64,000 nt of DNA from Tricharina praecox (taxonomy: Eukaryota): positions 124,001-188,000 of the forward strand of contig NW_026250431.1 of assembly GCF_024521635.1 (NCBI RefSeq), given 5' to 3'. A program made the position numbers and the translations under genes. Shown one piece after another: positions 1 through 13,106 of this stretch. Each line of letters opens with the position of its first letter. Position 1 is the stretch's first letter. Below the pieces are notes generated by a model that was given only the letters and a program-made list of their open reading frames with translations, searched no databases and was not told the origin of the DNA.

Positions 1-3000
1 ACAAAGCTTCGTACTAACCACTATACTATACCGACTTGAGATATCAGCAACTCATCGTAACACATAAGATACAAGTTACTAAATTTTGCACACTAGAGTT
101 GCCGGTGACTTCACCTATTACTGTCGCTGGACTGGGATGTTAGATTACTCTCACAAGTACTTGGTCCACGCCTTTTTATTGCTATGAATCTCCAGCCTGG
201 AAGTTTACGTGAAGGCATCAGATGGAATTCTCAGATCTGCTATTATAGGTAGGTAGCATGAGCCGGTCGATACCAGGAATCCAGGATTGTTTTGCACAAG
301 CTACCTATCGAGAGTGTTCTGGAGCGCGGAGGGAAGTTGGATTCCCTGGTCGAGAGCACGGTGGAGCCAGCACGTAGGCAGTATTATGCCGCAGGAGAAT
401 CGACGCGTAATGTGTTGTAAGTACATGCCTTGAGACAGAACTTTTGCTTTTGTATTGTATGTAGATTTCACATACTGGTGCTTGTACTCTAGCATGCCTT
501 GGGTAAGTACTCTCGATGGCATATGGCGCAGTATTCACCATTATTGTCACCGGACTGTGATTTTTGGTTGCTCTCTCAAGTAGGTATCCACGCCTTTTTA
601 ATGCCATGAATCTCTCACACTACACCAAAATATCTTCAGGCACAATAGGCGATGAACAAGACCATCCTCCTATTCAGATCCGATATGCTAAAGAAAAAAT
701 AACAAAAATCACTCCACATGTAAGCCACTAAAAATCTAAAACTTTCCTCTCCCTCCGTCTTCGTCAAATACGAACCCGCGAACCCCACCACTATGTCCTC
801 GTCGAGTAACGCCTGCGCTCTCTCTTGAGGAACACTACTCGCCATTTCTTCACTTCCCGGAGATCTCCTACCCTACCTACGCTCTCTCTTTGAGAAGCGC
901 GGCTCGCCATTTCTTCACTCCTCGAAGATCTCCTCCCCTGCCTCTGCTTTATTTGTCCATGCGGAAAGAATACTTGCTCTGGTTGGGTGGCAGCGACGCC
1001 AATCTGGCGCCGCATAGCAAAGGATGTTATTATCCCTGAAACAATCATCAGCCGTTTGAACCTTAAACAACAACAGGTTTTACATACCTTTGCAAAACCC
1101 TTCACTGTGAGCAGGGCCGAAGCCCACCCCAGGTACATATTGTGGGGGGCCGAAGCTCTCCCCAAGTAATCATTGTGATGGCCGAAGCCCTCCGTAATCC
1201 GCCGAAATCAAATAAAGGAACGACAAGGGACACACAGTTGAAAGGCACCAGGACCGGTGTTGGAGTGGCGGCTCCAATGCGAGCCACCACTGCAACGTAA
1301 TAGACGCTATTGCAATCAGTAGGAGGACGGCGGGATAGGCAGGCACGGAGGGAAGAACTTACAGCCCACGGTTCAACAGCCGCCAAGAAACCCTGGTTGT
1401 AGCTCTTGTCGGAAGCCCACGCCTTCGAAGACCCACGCTTCGGCCCCCGTATTCGAATACGGACGCTTCGGCGTTCGACCGACATCGGCCGAACCAACTC
1501 TTATCGGCGGATGACTTCCGAATAGAACCATCCACCGATAAAAGGAGGTTCCGGCGGCCGTTGAGCCGGTCAGAGGGGGCGAAATCCAATGTTGATCCTG
1601 GAACTGATGTTGGCCGGCCTCACATTGGTTGCTGGGCGTGGGCTGTCGGCAGGAACCATCATATGAGATGGTAAATGAATGGGAGGGATTATAGGGTGTG
1701 TTGATGTTGTGGTGTTTCGGAGTGTCGGATTTTGTTGTGGTTAAGTTGGAAGAAGAACATGATGTAGGAAGGAGAAGATGATGTAGGAAGGAGAAGATGA
1801 TGTAGGAAGGAGAGTAAAGAAAGAAGCGTGGGGAGTGGGCACCATGGGGGTTTTATGGGGCAGCGAGGTAGTTATCCGGACGGCGGCGGACGACAGAAAC
1901 GATCAAAACAAAACCAAAATGAACAGTCAAAACAAGCAAGTCTAAGCAGAGCAGCATCCGGATCCACAACTGCTCTCAACATCTTCACAGAAACGATCAA
2001 AACCAAAATGAACAGTCAAAACAAGCAAGGCTAAGCAGAGCAGCACCCGGATCCACACCTGGCCCCAACATCTTGGCAACAAAGCCTCCCAAGGTCCGCA
2101 GCCAAGGGTCGAAAAGTGCCGCCAAGACGTCAGTTCCAGCTGCGTCCCACAGTAGATAGTGTAAGGGCCTGTTTGGGTGCCCAGCTGCATTTTCAATGTC
2201 AAACCTGGGGTTTCTGCCGAGTTGAAGGTTACCATAGATAGCTGCAGCCGCAAGCAAACTTTCATCTCTCCCGACGACCCGTTCGGCGATCCAGATGTTC
2301 AACAGCACGCCACACTTTTTCCGACTACGGGGCTAATTACGCTGGTATTTACTGGTGGTTGTCCGTAGAGTTTATTTGCCAAATTGTGGTTAAGTCGACA
2401 ATATGCCGTTTCTCAATTGTTATGTAACTTGGAGTGGTGTGCCGAATTACGGCCACCCATCGCCCGGAAACTGAGGGTTTCAAACTCCATCTCACTTTTG
2501 TATGGTATGCATATTCAAAATGCAGCTGACAAGCGAACAGGCCCAGTCCGGCCAGCGCTGGCTACTCGAGAATTCAAACGCCGAAAGCGGACGGTTCGGC
2601 GGGTATACCCGGACACCCAACTCCAACTCCAGACCCTGACCAATGTGACGACCCCATATGTATGTAAGTAAGCTGTGGCTTATCGAAATGCACCTCGCGC
2701 AGTTCCCAGTTGGGAGTAAGCTGGCACATGGGTGGGTGAATTCCGGGTGGAGGTACGCGAACGGGACGGGAACGGGAACGGGAACGGGAGCAGGAGCGGA
2801 AGGGGGTGCCCGGGGAATTAACGTAGTCATTTATGTGACATGTCTTTGATCGCGAGGTAAGCCAAGGCGGCCCCCGCGATGCCTGCGCTACAACCACACC
2901 GGGTGGGGGTAAGTGCAGGGATAGGGTCGCCGTGGGAAGCGCGGTAGCCAGGCGCCGGAGGACTTCGAGCGCATACGGTATTCTCTCTCGCGGCGCTTTT

Positions 3001-4568
3001 CCATTGGCTACGTAGTGTACTTATGTCTCGCGGGCAGGCGAGGGAAGCCGATTAGCCAGTCTTGTGGCGGTGGCTCTCCTTGTTGTGGACGTCGTGTTCT
3101 ACTTAGGTCCATAGATACGTCAATAAAATGATTTCCCCCCCGTCAGGTGCAGGCGCCGTCGGACTTTGAGCGAATACGGCATTCTCTCTCGTAGCGGTGG
3201 ACGGTACACTGGAACGAGACCGCGCCATCGGTGGGTACTCCAGACCAGGCCAGGCCAGGCCAGACTTTTAAGTTTTCCCTCACGCTCGCGCAGCACCTCG
3301 CCGTTAGCCTGGATTGCATGTTCAGTCGGATCTGTCTCCATACCTATTACGGACCGTAACTCAAGCGGCTGAGGACTGTAACCCAAGTGGTTGAGAACTA
3401 TCAGCGGGGGGGCAGTTGTGGTGCGGGCAGGGTTGCGGTGTGGAAATGGCTGGTGGTTGGCGGTGGTTGGCGGTGGTTGGCGGTGGCCGGCGGCGGCTTA
3501 CGGTGGCTGATGTTGGTATTGCGGGATGGCGGTTGGTGCGGAGTGGTGCGGAGTGTTGATGCGGGGCACCAGGAGCGCCACACATAACATTCTCTACATA
3601 TGCACGGTAAGATGATGCAGGCAGCAAGAAGCCGCCACATTCCTGTGCGCACGCCCACGCGCACCCCCAATACCAATCCTACGCCCAGGTCGATGCCGAC
3701 GGGTGGTACGTTCACAATCAAATCTCGTCAAGGAAGATTACCGCAAGGCTCCGGCACCGCCTAGATACATACCTGCAGGAGCCAGGAGTGTTCGTCTACT
3801 GCAGCATGTTGTCAGCTGGCGAAGGATCTTGGCGTTTCGATTATTGCGGGCTTAGGTGTGTATTGGACTCGGTATGCTCAGGATATGATAGGACGGTAGA
3901 GGTGATCGATATAGCGGTACAAATGGGTGTGTTGAACTCGGTATACTCGGTATATTCAGGATGTGATAGGACGTTGGAGGCGAACGATATGGCAATAATA
4001 TACCCACCTACGAGCTGGAGATCAAAACACAAGACGATCACATTCATAGTTGCATGATTACTAAATAAATTGCACGGAGAGAACAACATAGCACCAAGAC
4101 GATCATATTCATGGCTTGTGATATATACCGTAGCCCACGAGGCAATAACAAAGGATTCAAGACAACCATATTCGTTAGCCACGTAGCCACGTGGTAGACG
4201 CAAAGACCTAACCAAGAATGAAATGAGAGAATCGTATACCATCCAGGTACTTTTGGGCTGGGCCGAAACAGAACCCGCTGGAGAACGGAAAAAGGTATAA
4301 AAAAAAGAAATTGTAAGTATATGTGCTGTGAATATCCGGGAACAACGCCCGCGTAAGCTTCCATAAGCTTCCATAAACAAAAGAAAAGGAAGGAAAAAAA
4401 GAGGACAATCGTAAGCTTCCAGATACATGTATACAGGGTCTGAGGGAGCAGCCAAACCCAGAGGACAAAGGCCGAAAACGTGCGAACCGAAAGAAACCCA
4501 AAGAAGCGAACCCATTTGAAGACCGTAATGTAGAAAAGGAAAACAGAACATATATCCCAGAGAGCTCA

Positions 4569-5747
4569 TCAGCTACTCCGAGGAAGAACTCGAAGCCACG
4601 GCAACGCACGTCTGCTCCTACACGCCGCCCTGCGGACCCTGATGTGCCATCCCAACCTGGTGCCGTCGGAACCGTGCATCTCCCGTTCGTGCATCTCGCG
4701 GTTGTACTTGGTGAGAGCCTTCCCGCAATAGTGGCACCGGTAGGGTGTGTAATGCACATGGACACCGAAAATATGTGCCCTGAGCGTCCGCCTTCGTCGG
4801 TTCACATCCGGAATTGTGGACCAGCTGCAGCCGCGCCACCCACAGATAACCCGATTGTTCCCTGCCCACGGCTCACGCTCAATGTGTCTCTCAACGTGAT
4901 GGGCGAGCTGCCGGGAGCGGTCGAAAACCTTGGCACACCCAACCCACCAGCAGAGGTTTCCATGCTTAGTCGGCGGATCAGAATCGTAGCCGTCGTCGTC
5001 GTCAACTCCGTTAGCGGTGCCATGTTCTTTAGTGTCGTCGAATGAAGCCCCTGTTGCTCCGTTCTCGTGCGGGGTTAGAAGGCTGCCGCTGCTGTCTTCT
5101 AGGAGATGTTTGGCGTTCGTGCAGCTTGCGGGGGAGCTAGGGACGATGCTGACATGAGAGGTGCTGCTACCGGGACTGTAACTATTCGAACGACAGTTAT
5201 TGCCGTTTGTGTAGTTGCAACAGGAGCTGAGGGGATCGGTGACAGTGATGTCTTGCAACGTCGTGCTGGAAGGAAAACCTTGCCCGCGGGGGAAATGGAT
5301 TGAATCGCTGTTCTGGTACGTTTCTAGCGCCCCTGTCGTGGTTCCGCCGGCCAGTGGCAAGTCCGAATGGGATGGCGAGAAGGTGTAATCGAACCACATG
5401 GAGGGTACGGGGGCGGGAGTCGACCGCTTATAGCTGATCGTGGGAAACGCCAGCCTGTTTGCTTCGTTCAGAAGGGCGAGAGTGACTGCATCGATGCGGA
5501 AGGGTTCATGGTGAGCCGGAAGGAACGAGTCTTCTGGTGCGTACATTCCCGGGCTTGAGCCGTTTAGGATACCCAGATCCGCAATGGCAGGATCCAGGAC
5601 GAATGATTTTGGCGAGTCGGAGTTTCCGAAAAAGGAGTTTTGGGGATCGGAGAATTGAATGCTAGCCATATAATCGTGAGGAAGGTGCGAGGTGTAGAGG
5701 GGTGATTCTGAGATAGTGAAAGGGTAGTATGGGGCGAATGTGGCCAT
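4569..5747 (-). CDS. C2H2 zinc-finger protein (putative transcription factor), 392 aa
   Basis: Long ATG ORF with a Ser/Pro-rich N-terminus and three C2H2-type fingers: CWWVGC..F...RQLAHHVERH, CGWRGC...LRAHIFGVH, YRCHYCGK...EMHEREMH. TATAAA on the minus strand at ~5829-5834. Confidence 0.85.
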   Translation of the reverse strand: MATFAPYYPFTISESPLYTSHLPHDYMASIQFSDPQNSFFGNSDSPKSFVLDPAIADLGILNGSSPGMYAPEDSFLPAHHEPFRIDAVTLALLNEANRLAFPTISYKRSTPAPVPSMWFDYTFSPSHSDLPLAGGTTTGALETYQNSDSIHFPRGQGFPSSTTLQDITVTDPLSSCCNYTNGNNCRSNSYSPGSSTSHVSIVPSSPASCTNAKHLLEDSSGSLLTPHENGATGASFDDTKEHGTANGVDDDDGYDSDPPTKHGNLCWWVGCAKVFDRSRQLAHHVERHIEREPWAGNNRVICGWRGCSWSTIPDVNRRRRTLRAHIFGVHVHYTPYRCHYCGKALTKYNREMHEREMHGSDGTRLGWHIRVRRAACRSRRALPWLRVLPRSS

Positions 5748-8700
5748 GATGGGAGATGATGGAGTGGTGGGTGGGCGGGTTGATTTGGAGGATTGGTCGT
5801 TGGTCGTCTTAAGCGGGCCTCCGCCGTTGTTTATATCCTCCCGTTGGGTTCCTTTAGCGATGAGGGTATCTGTGGGTGATTTTTACGGGGGGCCAATACA
5901 TCTGCAGATGTTTTGATTCGAGATAGGAGGCATGTATGCATCCTTCCCACCAACACCAGTAGGAGCGCTCACATGTACGTGCACACCGCCAATGCGGACA
6001 AGTCTCAAACAAGGCTCGTGAGGGGTGGCCCATCAGGGATCGCGACACTGATTCGGGGAGAGGTCCTTCCCACCACAAGCCGGTATTGCCTGCCACCAAT
6101 TGGTCCTCCACACCATTATTCCCTTCACATCACCGTCGGCCTTTTACGCCGCAAAAGTTGGCCCTGATCGGGTTGCACTGGCTCAGTCAGTAGCCAAAAC
6201 GGGAGCAGGTAATATCTCAAGACAAAGCAGGCTTTAAAAAAGGTCAAATAGTCTCAGATGGTCCAAAAATGACGCCCGAGGACCATGAATAGGCTCAATA
6301 GATCGAGCAACCGGAACAAAGATTATCCACCGTTATTTTGATGTTTCATCATGGTGCATTGGATGAAGAGTTCCGGGAAAGCTATTCGCCCAGCTCCGCA
6401 GGCGGTCCGAACGTCCATCGGTGATCCTAGTAGCGCTACGAAGCGAGCGTGGATCCATCGTGAGTCAAGGAAGCGAATGTGCGTTAACTCTAGTAAGCAC
6501 GCTCATCTCAAGCAGGCATAGTAAAACGTCCTGTCGTACCACCACACTGGCCTGCGCTAACAATCCAGCGCAAGTTGGTATTCGTGAGACATGCGGACAT
6601 GCGGCGCTCGGTTGCGTAGGTGAGGCCCTTTCAGCGGCTTCGGCGGTGGTGATGGGAATATTCGGGACGGTCATGAAGGTATGCACTGATGCTCGCTGGG
6701 GAATGTCCGTTCCTCTCCATGCCCCTGAGACCGAGCCGGAATCGGGTGGCTATCGTAGCATACGCGGCGGTGTCGTGGGTGTACTCGTGTACGTCCTCGC
6801 CGAGCCGGTTCAATGTCTACGCCTCGATCAGGCGAGGGGATGGAACGACCGTCTCGAATGCCTTCTCAACCGCACACTCGGCGTCGGCTCGTTCGTGGAG
6901 GTATACCAACACTAAGATAATGTCAGTTAGTTACATGTGGTCCCGGGGTTCGGAAAGGATGCCCACCAAGGTCTTTATCACGTAACGCCAGAAGCAAATA
7001 ATTAACCGGACGAACAGAAAAAGCAAATGAACGAAGCGGGGCGTTAGGAGGATAAGAAAGTGAAGAACTGAGGTAACTTCAGGTCGTTTGTCTCAGAATT
7101 AGTGGGGATTCCGCCGTGAGAATTCAATCGATAACCTCTTGACCGAGCATTAGACAACCGACTGTAGATTCCCCGGATTTCGTATGAGCTCGAAAGGTGT
7201 GTACTCTAGTGTACTTATGACTTCGCCGCCCCGCCACTGCAGAGCTAAATCTGATACGCCCTTGCAAGAACCCCGCTTGTTGGCACCCATCTCGTTTCGC
7301 AGGACTCCAATTTGCCCATCGCCGAAAGAACGATCTTGTGCATGGTGGATACAACGGATACCACGGAGTTGGTATCCGCTAAGCGGTAACTTCCAAGGTA
7401 ATTTCCGCCTCATTGAGTCTCGATCAGGCGCTCGGCCGAATTCTTCCGGGCCAGTAGTAGGCGATTCGATTGTCGGGAATCGTTCCGGATGTCCAGAGTA
7501 GCGTCTTAGACGTCTCAGACTTCGGCCCGCTATAATAGAGAGTTTTTGGGGATGGCGAAGGGTAGCACTCGGCAGCCAGTCCACCATTGGGTCCCGTGGT
7601 GCTCCCTTTGTTGGCGACGGCGGAATGAGGGATACGCAATGGGGTAATAGAATCTTGACGATAAGAGGGAATGCCAGGGCAATATGCGGGCGTGTGTGCT
7701 TGTTGGCGCTGGGCGTTTGCATGAGCGAATCATTGTACAAAGAGCGATGAACACAGAAAGCCACCAACATCGCCAGTATTCGGTCCATTTTTTTTCGTCC
7801 CACCCGAATAATGACGCGCCGATGCTACTTTGAGACACCGGCCTCGTGGACGGTGGCCCACCCATCTTGTTTTCAGGCCGAAGGCGGCGTTAAAACCTTC
7901 CCATCCAGTCCGACCGGCGACAGAAATTCTTCTTCGTGGATTTTGCGTACGCCCCCGAAACTGCTGTGGTAGCTGGCGTGCCGGCGGGCGGCGTGTGCTG
8001 CGGCAGAGGCGACTCCCGTCACACCTCCGTATCTCACAGTTACGCGGAGACAGCCGTCAATCTCCCGCAACATGCACCGGCGCTTCTCCCTGCCGAAAAA
8101 CTTTTCAGCCTCGCAATAAGTATTCACAGTCGTATATAGACTCACCGGTTCGGGGACCCTCATACCTTCGTGCTATTTGCCTCATGAACATGGGCACCTG
8201 CTACAGCTCTCGCTACCACAGTCCCGGAAGCACTCGGGTAACAGGACAATGCTTCATAACAGGCCATGTGGGCAAACCGCAGTAGCTGATCCCTGGAACC
8301 GTAGCCTATGCATCGGCCAGAAACATGTAGAAGATACTGCAAAGCAGCTGTGTGATGGTGTGGTGAACGAACGCACGCCCGATTTAACGTATGCCCGATG
8401 TAACGCGGCGCCGCTGGGTTGGTTTCGAGGATGGTCTTGATGTGGACGGCGAAGCGGGAGCAGTCGCTGCAGAGGTGTGGGAAACTAGACGTATCTGCGG
8501 CAGTTGAAAAGACCGGGAGCGGCTTCTACCGGTTAGCATTGGATTCGTGTGGGGGGAGGAGGAGCGGGGTATGAGGAAGAGGGGAGGAGAATCCTTACCC
8601 ACTAATAGGCAGCTGATACACTTGTAATGCATCCTCCACGCTCCTGGAGGCCCGAGAGAGAGCTGTGTTGGAACTAACGGTACGAGGCGGTCAGCATCAC

Positions 8701-9660
8701 TGCATTATGGAAGTTTTGCACTTGCCGGAGGATATGAATACAGACCCGTTTGAGATGTCCCGGCCATGCATATGTCGAACAGTCGAAGGCGATAGAAGCC
8801 TCTAGGTACTTGGCGGGGATGGGGTTAAAGGATGCGGAGAGGGAATGGTGGAGTGGTGGAACGATGGTGCGGAGGAGGAGCGACGGGGACGTAAGCGTGA
8901 CCCGCGGAGCAGCGGCCGCCCAGTACACAATCGGGATGGTTTACATCCAAAAAGAGAACTCAAGGATCGAATTACATGACGGATTCGTATGTGTGCGTGT
9001 ACAATGTAGAGCCAGGGACCAAGTTGCAAGTGGTCCTTCCAGTGCATCGGCCGCGTACTCTTACTGTACTAGGTATATTTGCATTTCCCGACTGACATGA
9101 CGGATCTTGTCCCAAGTCTTCTGTCCTATGTTGTGTACACCGCTTCGGCGGATGATTCTACAACCTATTTCACACTCTCGTCCGAGTGAGAATGATCACG
9201 ATTCTTCATACCTAGGCCATACCACTGAACCTATACTTCGGATTGAAAGGACTGGCAGGCGACTCGTATAGCGTCTACCTCTACGATTACGTGTACCTTT
9301 ACGGTCACGTGTCCTCTCGATTCGACACAATTTTTATCGTTTGACGTGCGCAAACTATTCAGAGCATTCATTGATGTGGACAATGATATCATTTCTCCAT
9401 CTCAGCAGGTACAAGCAGAAGCAAGCCATCAATTATCCATCTCAGCAGGTACAAACAGAAGCATTCATTAGCCGGGCATGTGATGTCAACCCTCAATCTC
9501 AGCAGGTACAAACAGGAGCATTTATTTGCTGGGCAAGTGATGTCGACTTTCCATCTCAGCAGGTACAAACAGAAGCAAGCAATCTGCAGCACGCTTCAAC
9601 TGCTGCTAAAGACTTCGTCGGCGAGATTCTAGTAAAATGGCCATCTCCACGCTGTTCCAC

Positions 9661-10280
9661 CTAGACTGCCGCTCTATTCTCAATATCCGGGGCCGGTGGA
9701 GAAGGACTTTGGTTGATCGCCCTCGCTCCATCCGCAGCGTCGCTCTCTCCAACCTTCCCATGCAGGCAATCCTTTGCCGTGTCAGCCAAGGTCCATATAA
9801 GCTACGGGGAGCTCCTTACAAGGATAGCATTCCTTCCCTCATCGGAGAGCAATCCGGCGAGATTCGGGGACGCTTCGGTGAAGATTTGCGAGTCCGAAGC
9901 GACAACGAGCGCATACTCAGTTCCACATAGGATGGACAAATCTCTTGCCTGTTGGAAACGTTAGCTGTGTCCTGTAGCAGTAAAGGTGGTCACAATACCT
10001 CCTGGAAAAGCCTTTGTCTGCGCTTGTCGAAGGTGTGGCGGCGGCGGACATCATCGTCGATGTACTTCATCGTCTTCGGTGGCTTTGCAGGAGTCTCCGC
10101 ATCATCGCTATTGGCTTCGGCACGTATGTGCGTAGTGGATTCGCAAAACGATGAATTTATGGTGGATTCATCGCCAGACAAGCCATCCTGAGATGCCAAA
10201 TTCTGGGCAGTGAGTCCAGTTTGATCGATATTGTTCTCCACTGTGGTGCACACAGAAGGTACGTGAGTGAACATGTTCAT
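9661..10280 (-). CDS. Divergent SRF/Mcm1-type MADS-box protein, 3 exons (10280-9999, 9948-9820, 9771-9661)
   Basis: Splicing two phase-0 introns (9998-9949 GTATTG..GCTAAC..CAG; 9819-9772 GTAAGG..GCTGAC..AAG) gives MKYIDDDVRRRHTFDKRRQRLFQE/ARDLSILCGTEYALVVASDSQIFTEASPNLAGLLSDEGRNAIL/DCLHG. This aligns by eye with the Mcm1/SRF MADS+SAM pattern (IKFI.D.SRRH.TFSKR..G..KKA.ELSVLTGT..LL.V.S...EGKNLIQACL). Confidence 0.8.
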
Positions 10281-10756
10281 CTAAAGAGAGGCGGAACAGC
10301 GGTACTTACTGTTTGATGTCTTTAAGGGTTCGTGAAGGGTTGGGCGGCTGTTGGTAAGGTGTCTGTTATAGACCGCTGTTGACAGGTGCTTCCCTTGGTG
10401 TCGGGAGTGTCGTTGACAAATGACGGGAGATTGGCCGGGAGCCTCCTATGCGATAGGGTTCTGATAACTCGGGGTACGCGTCAAGAACACAACTTGACTA
10501 GCACAGTCGATCCTGCGGAAAGAATCAGCCGTTCGATTCTTCTCTCTGTAACTTCTCAACCGTATCCATACCTGGCAAAGCTCCTCTCAGAGTCGTTGCC
10601 GTTGTGGGAACAATTATTGTCCCTGGGAGCACCTCCATCACACCCTCGCTTCCCGCAGGGGAAATTTCCCCACATTCAGTTGTTGAAGCGTCGGGCTTGA
10701 AAAGAGGGTTTATAAGCGACTGTACACGATAAGATGAGGAAGGAAGAAGTCTCTCA

Positions 10757-11040
10757 CTACTGTTTTTCCACTGGGGGCTGGGCGCCTGCCTGCACCCTAA
10801 CAAAACTGCGAAGGAGTTCCAACTCCTTGTTGAGCTGGCCTATCTGCAAGCGCTGTACCTCAACAACAGTGGCGGTACCAGTAGCAGCTAGATCTCAAAC
10901 ACGCGTCAGTTTACACAACTATACTGTGAAGAAGGAAGAATAGTACCTGTGATCTCCTGCTGCGAGGACATCCTCACTGTAGCTGGCGATGGAGGGGAGG
11001 ACTGCGAGGAGGAGGAGACTGAGAGGAGAGTTGCGACCAT
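10757..11040 (-). CDS. Small spliced hypothetical protein (~74 aa)
   Basis: ATG at 11040 and one intron (GTACTA..AACTGAC..CTAG, ~10946-10888) give an open frame MVATLLSVSSSSQ...QLNKELELLRSFV..EKQ*. No recognisable domain. Confidence 0.3.
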
Positions 11041-12869
11041 GGCGCATTTGGTGACGAATATTTGAGCCCACAGGAAGTGGATAGTTATTTTTACCTATTG
11101 GTATAGTGATGTCTGCTGGTGGCGGATGGATAAGTTGAATGAAACAACGGACGGAAGAAAAAGATGAAGGAGGTGGTATGAAGGAGAAAGGTTGAGGTGG
11201 TAGCTACAGCTCGGAGCACCTTCGTCAGGCTGCTCTACATACTAACGCGACGCGGCTCTCCACTGACGAACTAAACACCGGAGGGGCCTTGGTTGAGGGA
11301 GGTTGTTTCGAGTAGGGTGAAAAGGGGAAAATAGAAGTGTAGAAAGAGAAACAGGTCGAGACTAAAAAGAACCTATTGTCGTCAGGAAGTGCTAGAAAAA
11401 AGAACACACAAAGAAAGTGATCTAGTGACCGCTTGAAAAACTGAAGTAACCGACAAGAGAGACAACGAACAACGCACAAACCGAAAGACAGATCCTCCGA
11501 TTAAATATTTCAGGTGCGGCCAATATTGGCCGACCTCACTAAACCCGATACGGGGTTTTTACTGCCAACGACCGTAACACCACCGCTAAGACCAGCAAAA
11601 AGGGATCAAAACAAACGAAACAGTACAATCAAAACAAACCCGATAATGTAGGGTACATAGCACCTGGTCCACACCTGGTCCTGACATCTTGGCAGCAAAT
11701 CCCAAGACGTCAGTTCCAGCTGTATCCCACACCACCTACCCTAGTTCCACCCCAGCAACCCCGTCTTGTCTTGTCACATCGATCCCGTCTTATCTTCCAC
11801 GCCCCGTCTTAGCTCCCGTAACACACAGGGATGTCTAGAAATCTACCAGGGCCGGATCATGGAGATTCGGCCCGCGACTCGTCTCCGGCCCAGCCCTCAT
11901 TCATCCCGCACAACACTCAGCAAGTCAACATGCCGACAAATAGATAGCCTACGACGAACATAGAACGACAAGTACGGTGAGGCGGAAATCTAGCAGCATA
12001 CAGGCCGTGGGAGTTGTGAAGACCGCTGGACATTCGGCAATGAGATGCGAACCGATGGGTGTAGATAGGTAGCTTCAGCTAGTGTGGTGCAGCCACACAG
12101 TGGTGTTCCATGACCCGTGCGGTGGCTAGTGATACGTGGCGGGCTTGGTTTGTGTGGTCTGGCAGCGTGACATGGTAGAGTATGAAGCTTCGCATGACGA
12201 GGACCAGGTTCGAACCTGCGGATCCTTTCTAGTGTCACCAGCGAACCTGTCGCTTCGGAATCCTTCCCGAAGCCCGGAAGCTTAAGCCTACCTACGATGC
12301 GCTGGAACGTCTCATTGGCGCAGAGCCGCACCACGAGACGTCACTCGCGCTGCAACTCTACTCTACATCGGAGGATTCCTAGCCGCGCGTGACATGCCGC
12401 GACATGCCGGTTCCCACCATCCAAGGGCCACAGGCCATGGGGGGGGCCGAAGCCGTTTCTCACCTACGATTCGCTACGATTCGCCGGCCGCCTTAGTGCC
12501 CTAGATAGGTAGTGCCGCATAAGCTTGGCTTATCGGAAACGGGCGATGTTAGTGGCCGGTCCGCGATCTCGGGAACACAATTTCGGGCCATACACGAGCG
12601 CAGTTTTCGGATGAGCGAACGTTCAACGGACGGGATTGACACGTTTATATTTTCTCCCGCCCCGCAAGCAACCCTTTCAAAGCCCCCAGTCCGCGTCCGC
12701 ATTATATTGCCTATCCCAACACACACACACACACACCCGACATAAAACCCTCCGCCTGCGCGCGCCTACTATACCTCCTCACACATCCACATCGGGACAC
12801 CACAAGTCACACATCACATACATCGAGACACCACACACACGACCAGTTAACAAAAAACACCCAACAACA

Positions 12870-13106
12870 ATGTGCCTCTACCAGCGCACGCTCTACGGCT
12901 GCGGCCACAAAAAGTTAATCGTGATGATGCCCTGCGATGCCGCCTACCGCGGCTACAACCCGTGGGCGCCGACGTACAAGGAGTCGACGCCGTGCTGCGG
13001 CCACAACAACTCCAAGTCGACAGTCCAAGATCGCCGGAAGGAGAGGTCGTGTAAGGCGTGCCGGAAAACTTCCTGGGCAAGGGGGAAGAAGTGCCTGCGT
13101 GGATAG
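12870..13106 (+). CDS. Small Cys-rich peptide (MC...CGH...C..C type), 78 aa
   Basis: ACAATG start after a CA-rich leader. MCLYQRTLYGCGH...PC...CCGH...CKAC with C/G-rich third positions, a pattern common among small fungal hypothetical Zn-binding proteins. Confidence 0.65.
   Translation: MCLYQRTLYGCGHKKLIVMMPCDAAYRGYNPWAPTYKESTPCCGHNNSKSTVQDRRKERSCKACRKTSWARGKKCLRG

Noticed and set aside
100..935. Diverged direct repeat (~105-195 vs ~530-615) and minus-strand ORF pieces
   Set aside because: A possible relic gene, but no coherent model or identity could be derived.
6420..9300. Intron-like signals (minus ~6913-6966, plus ~9073-9116) and several ORFs
   Set aside because: Spliced frames hit stops and no domain is recognisable. 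Possibly pseudogenes, but I cannot support a call.
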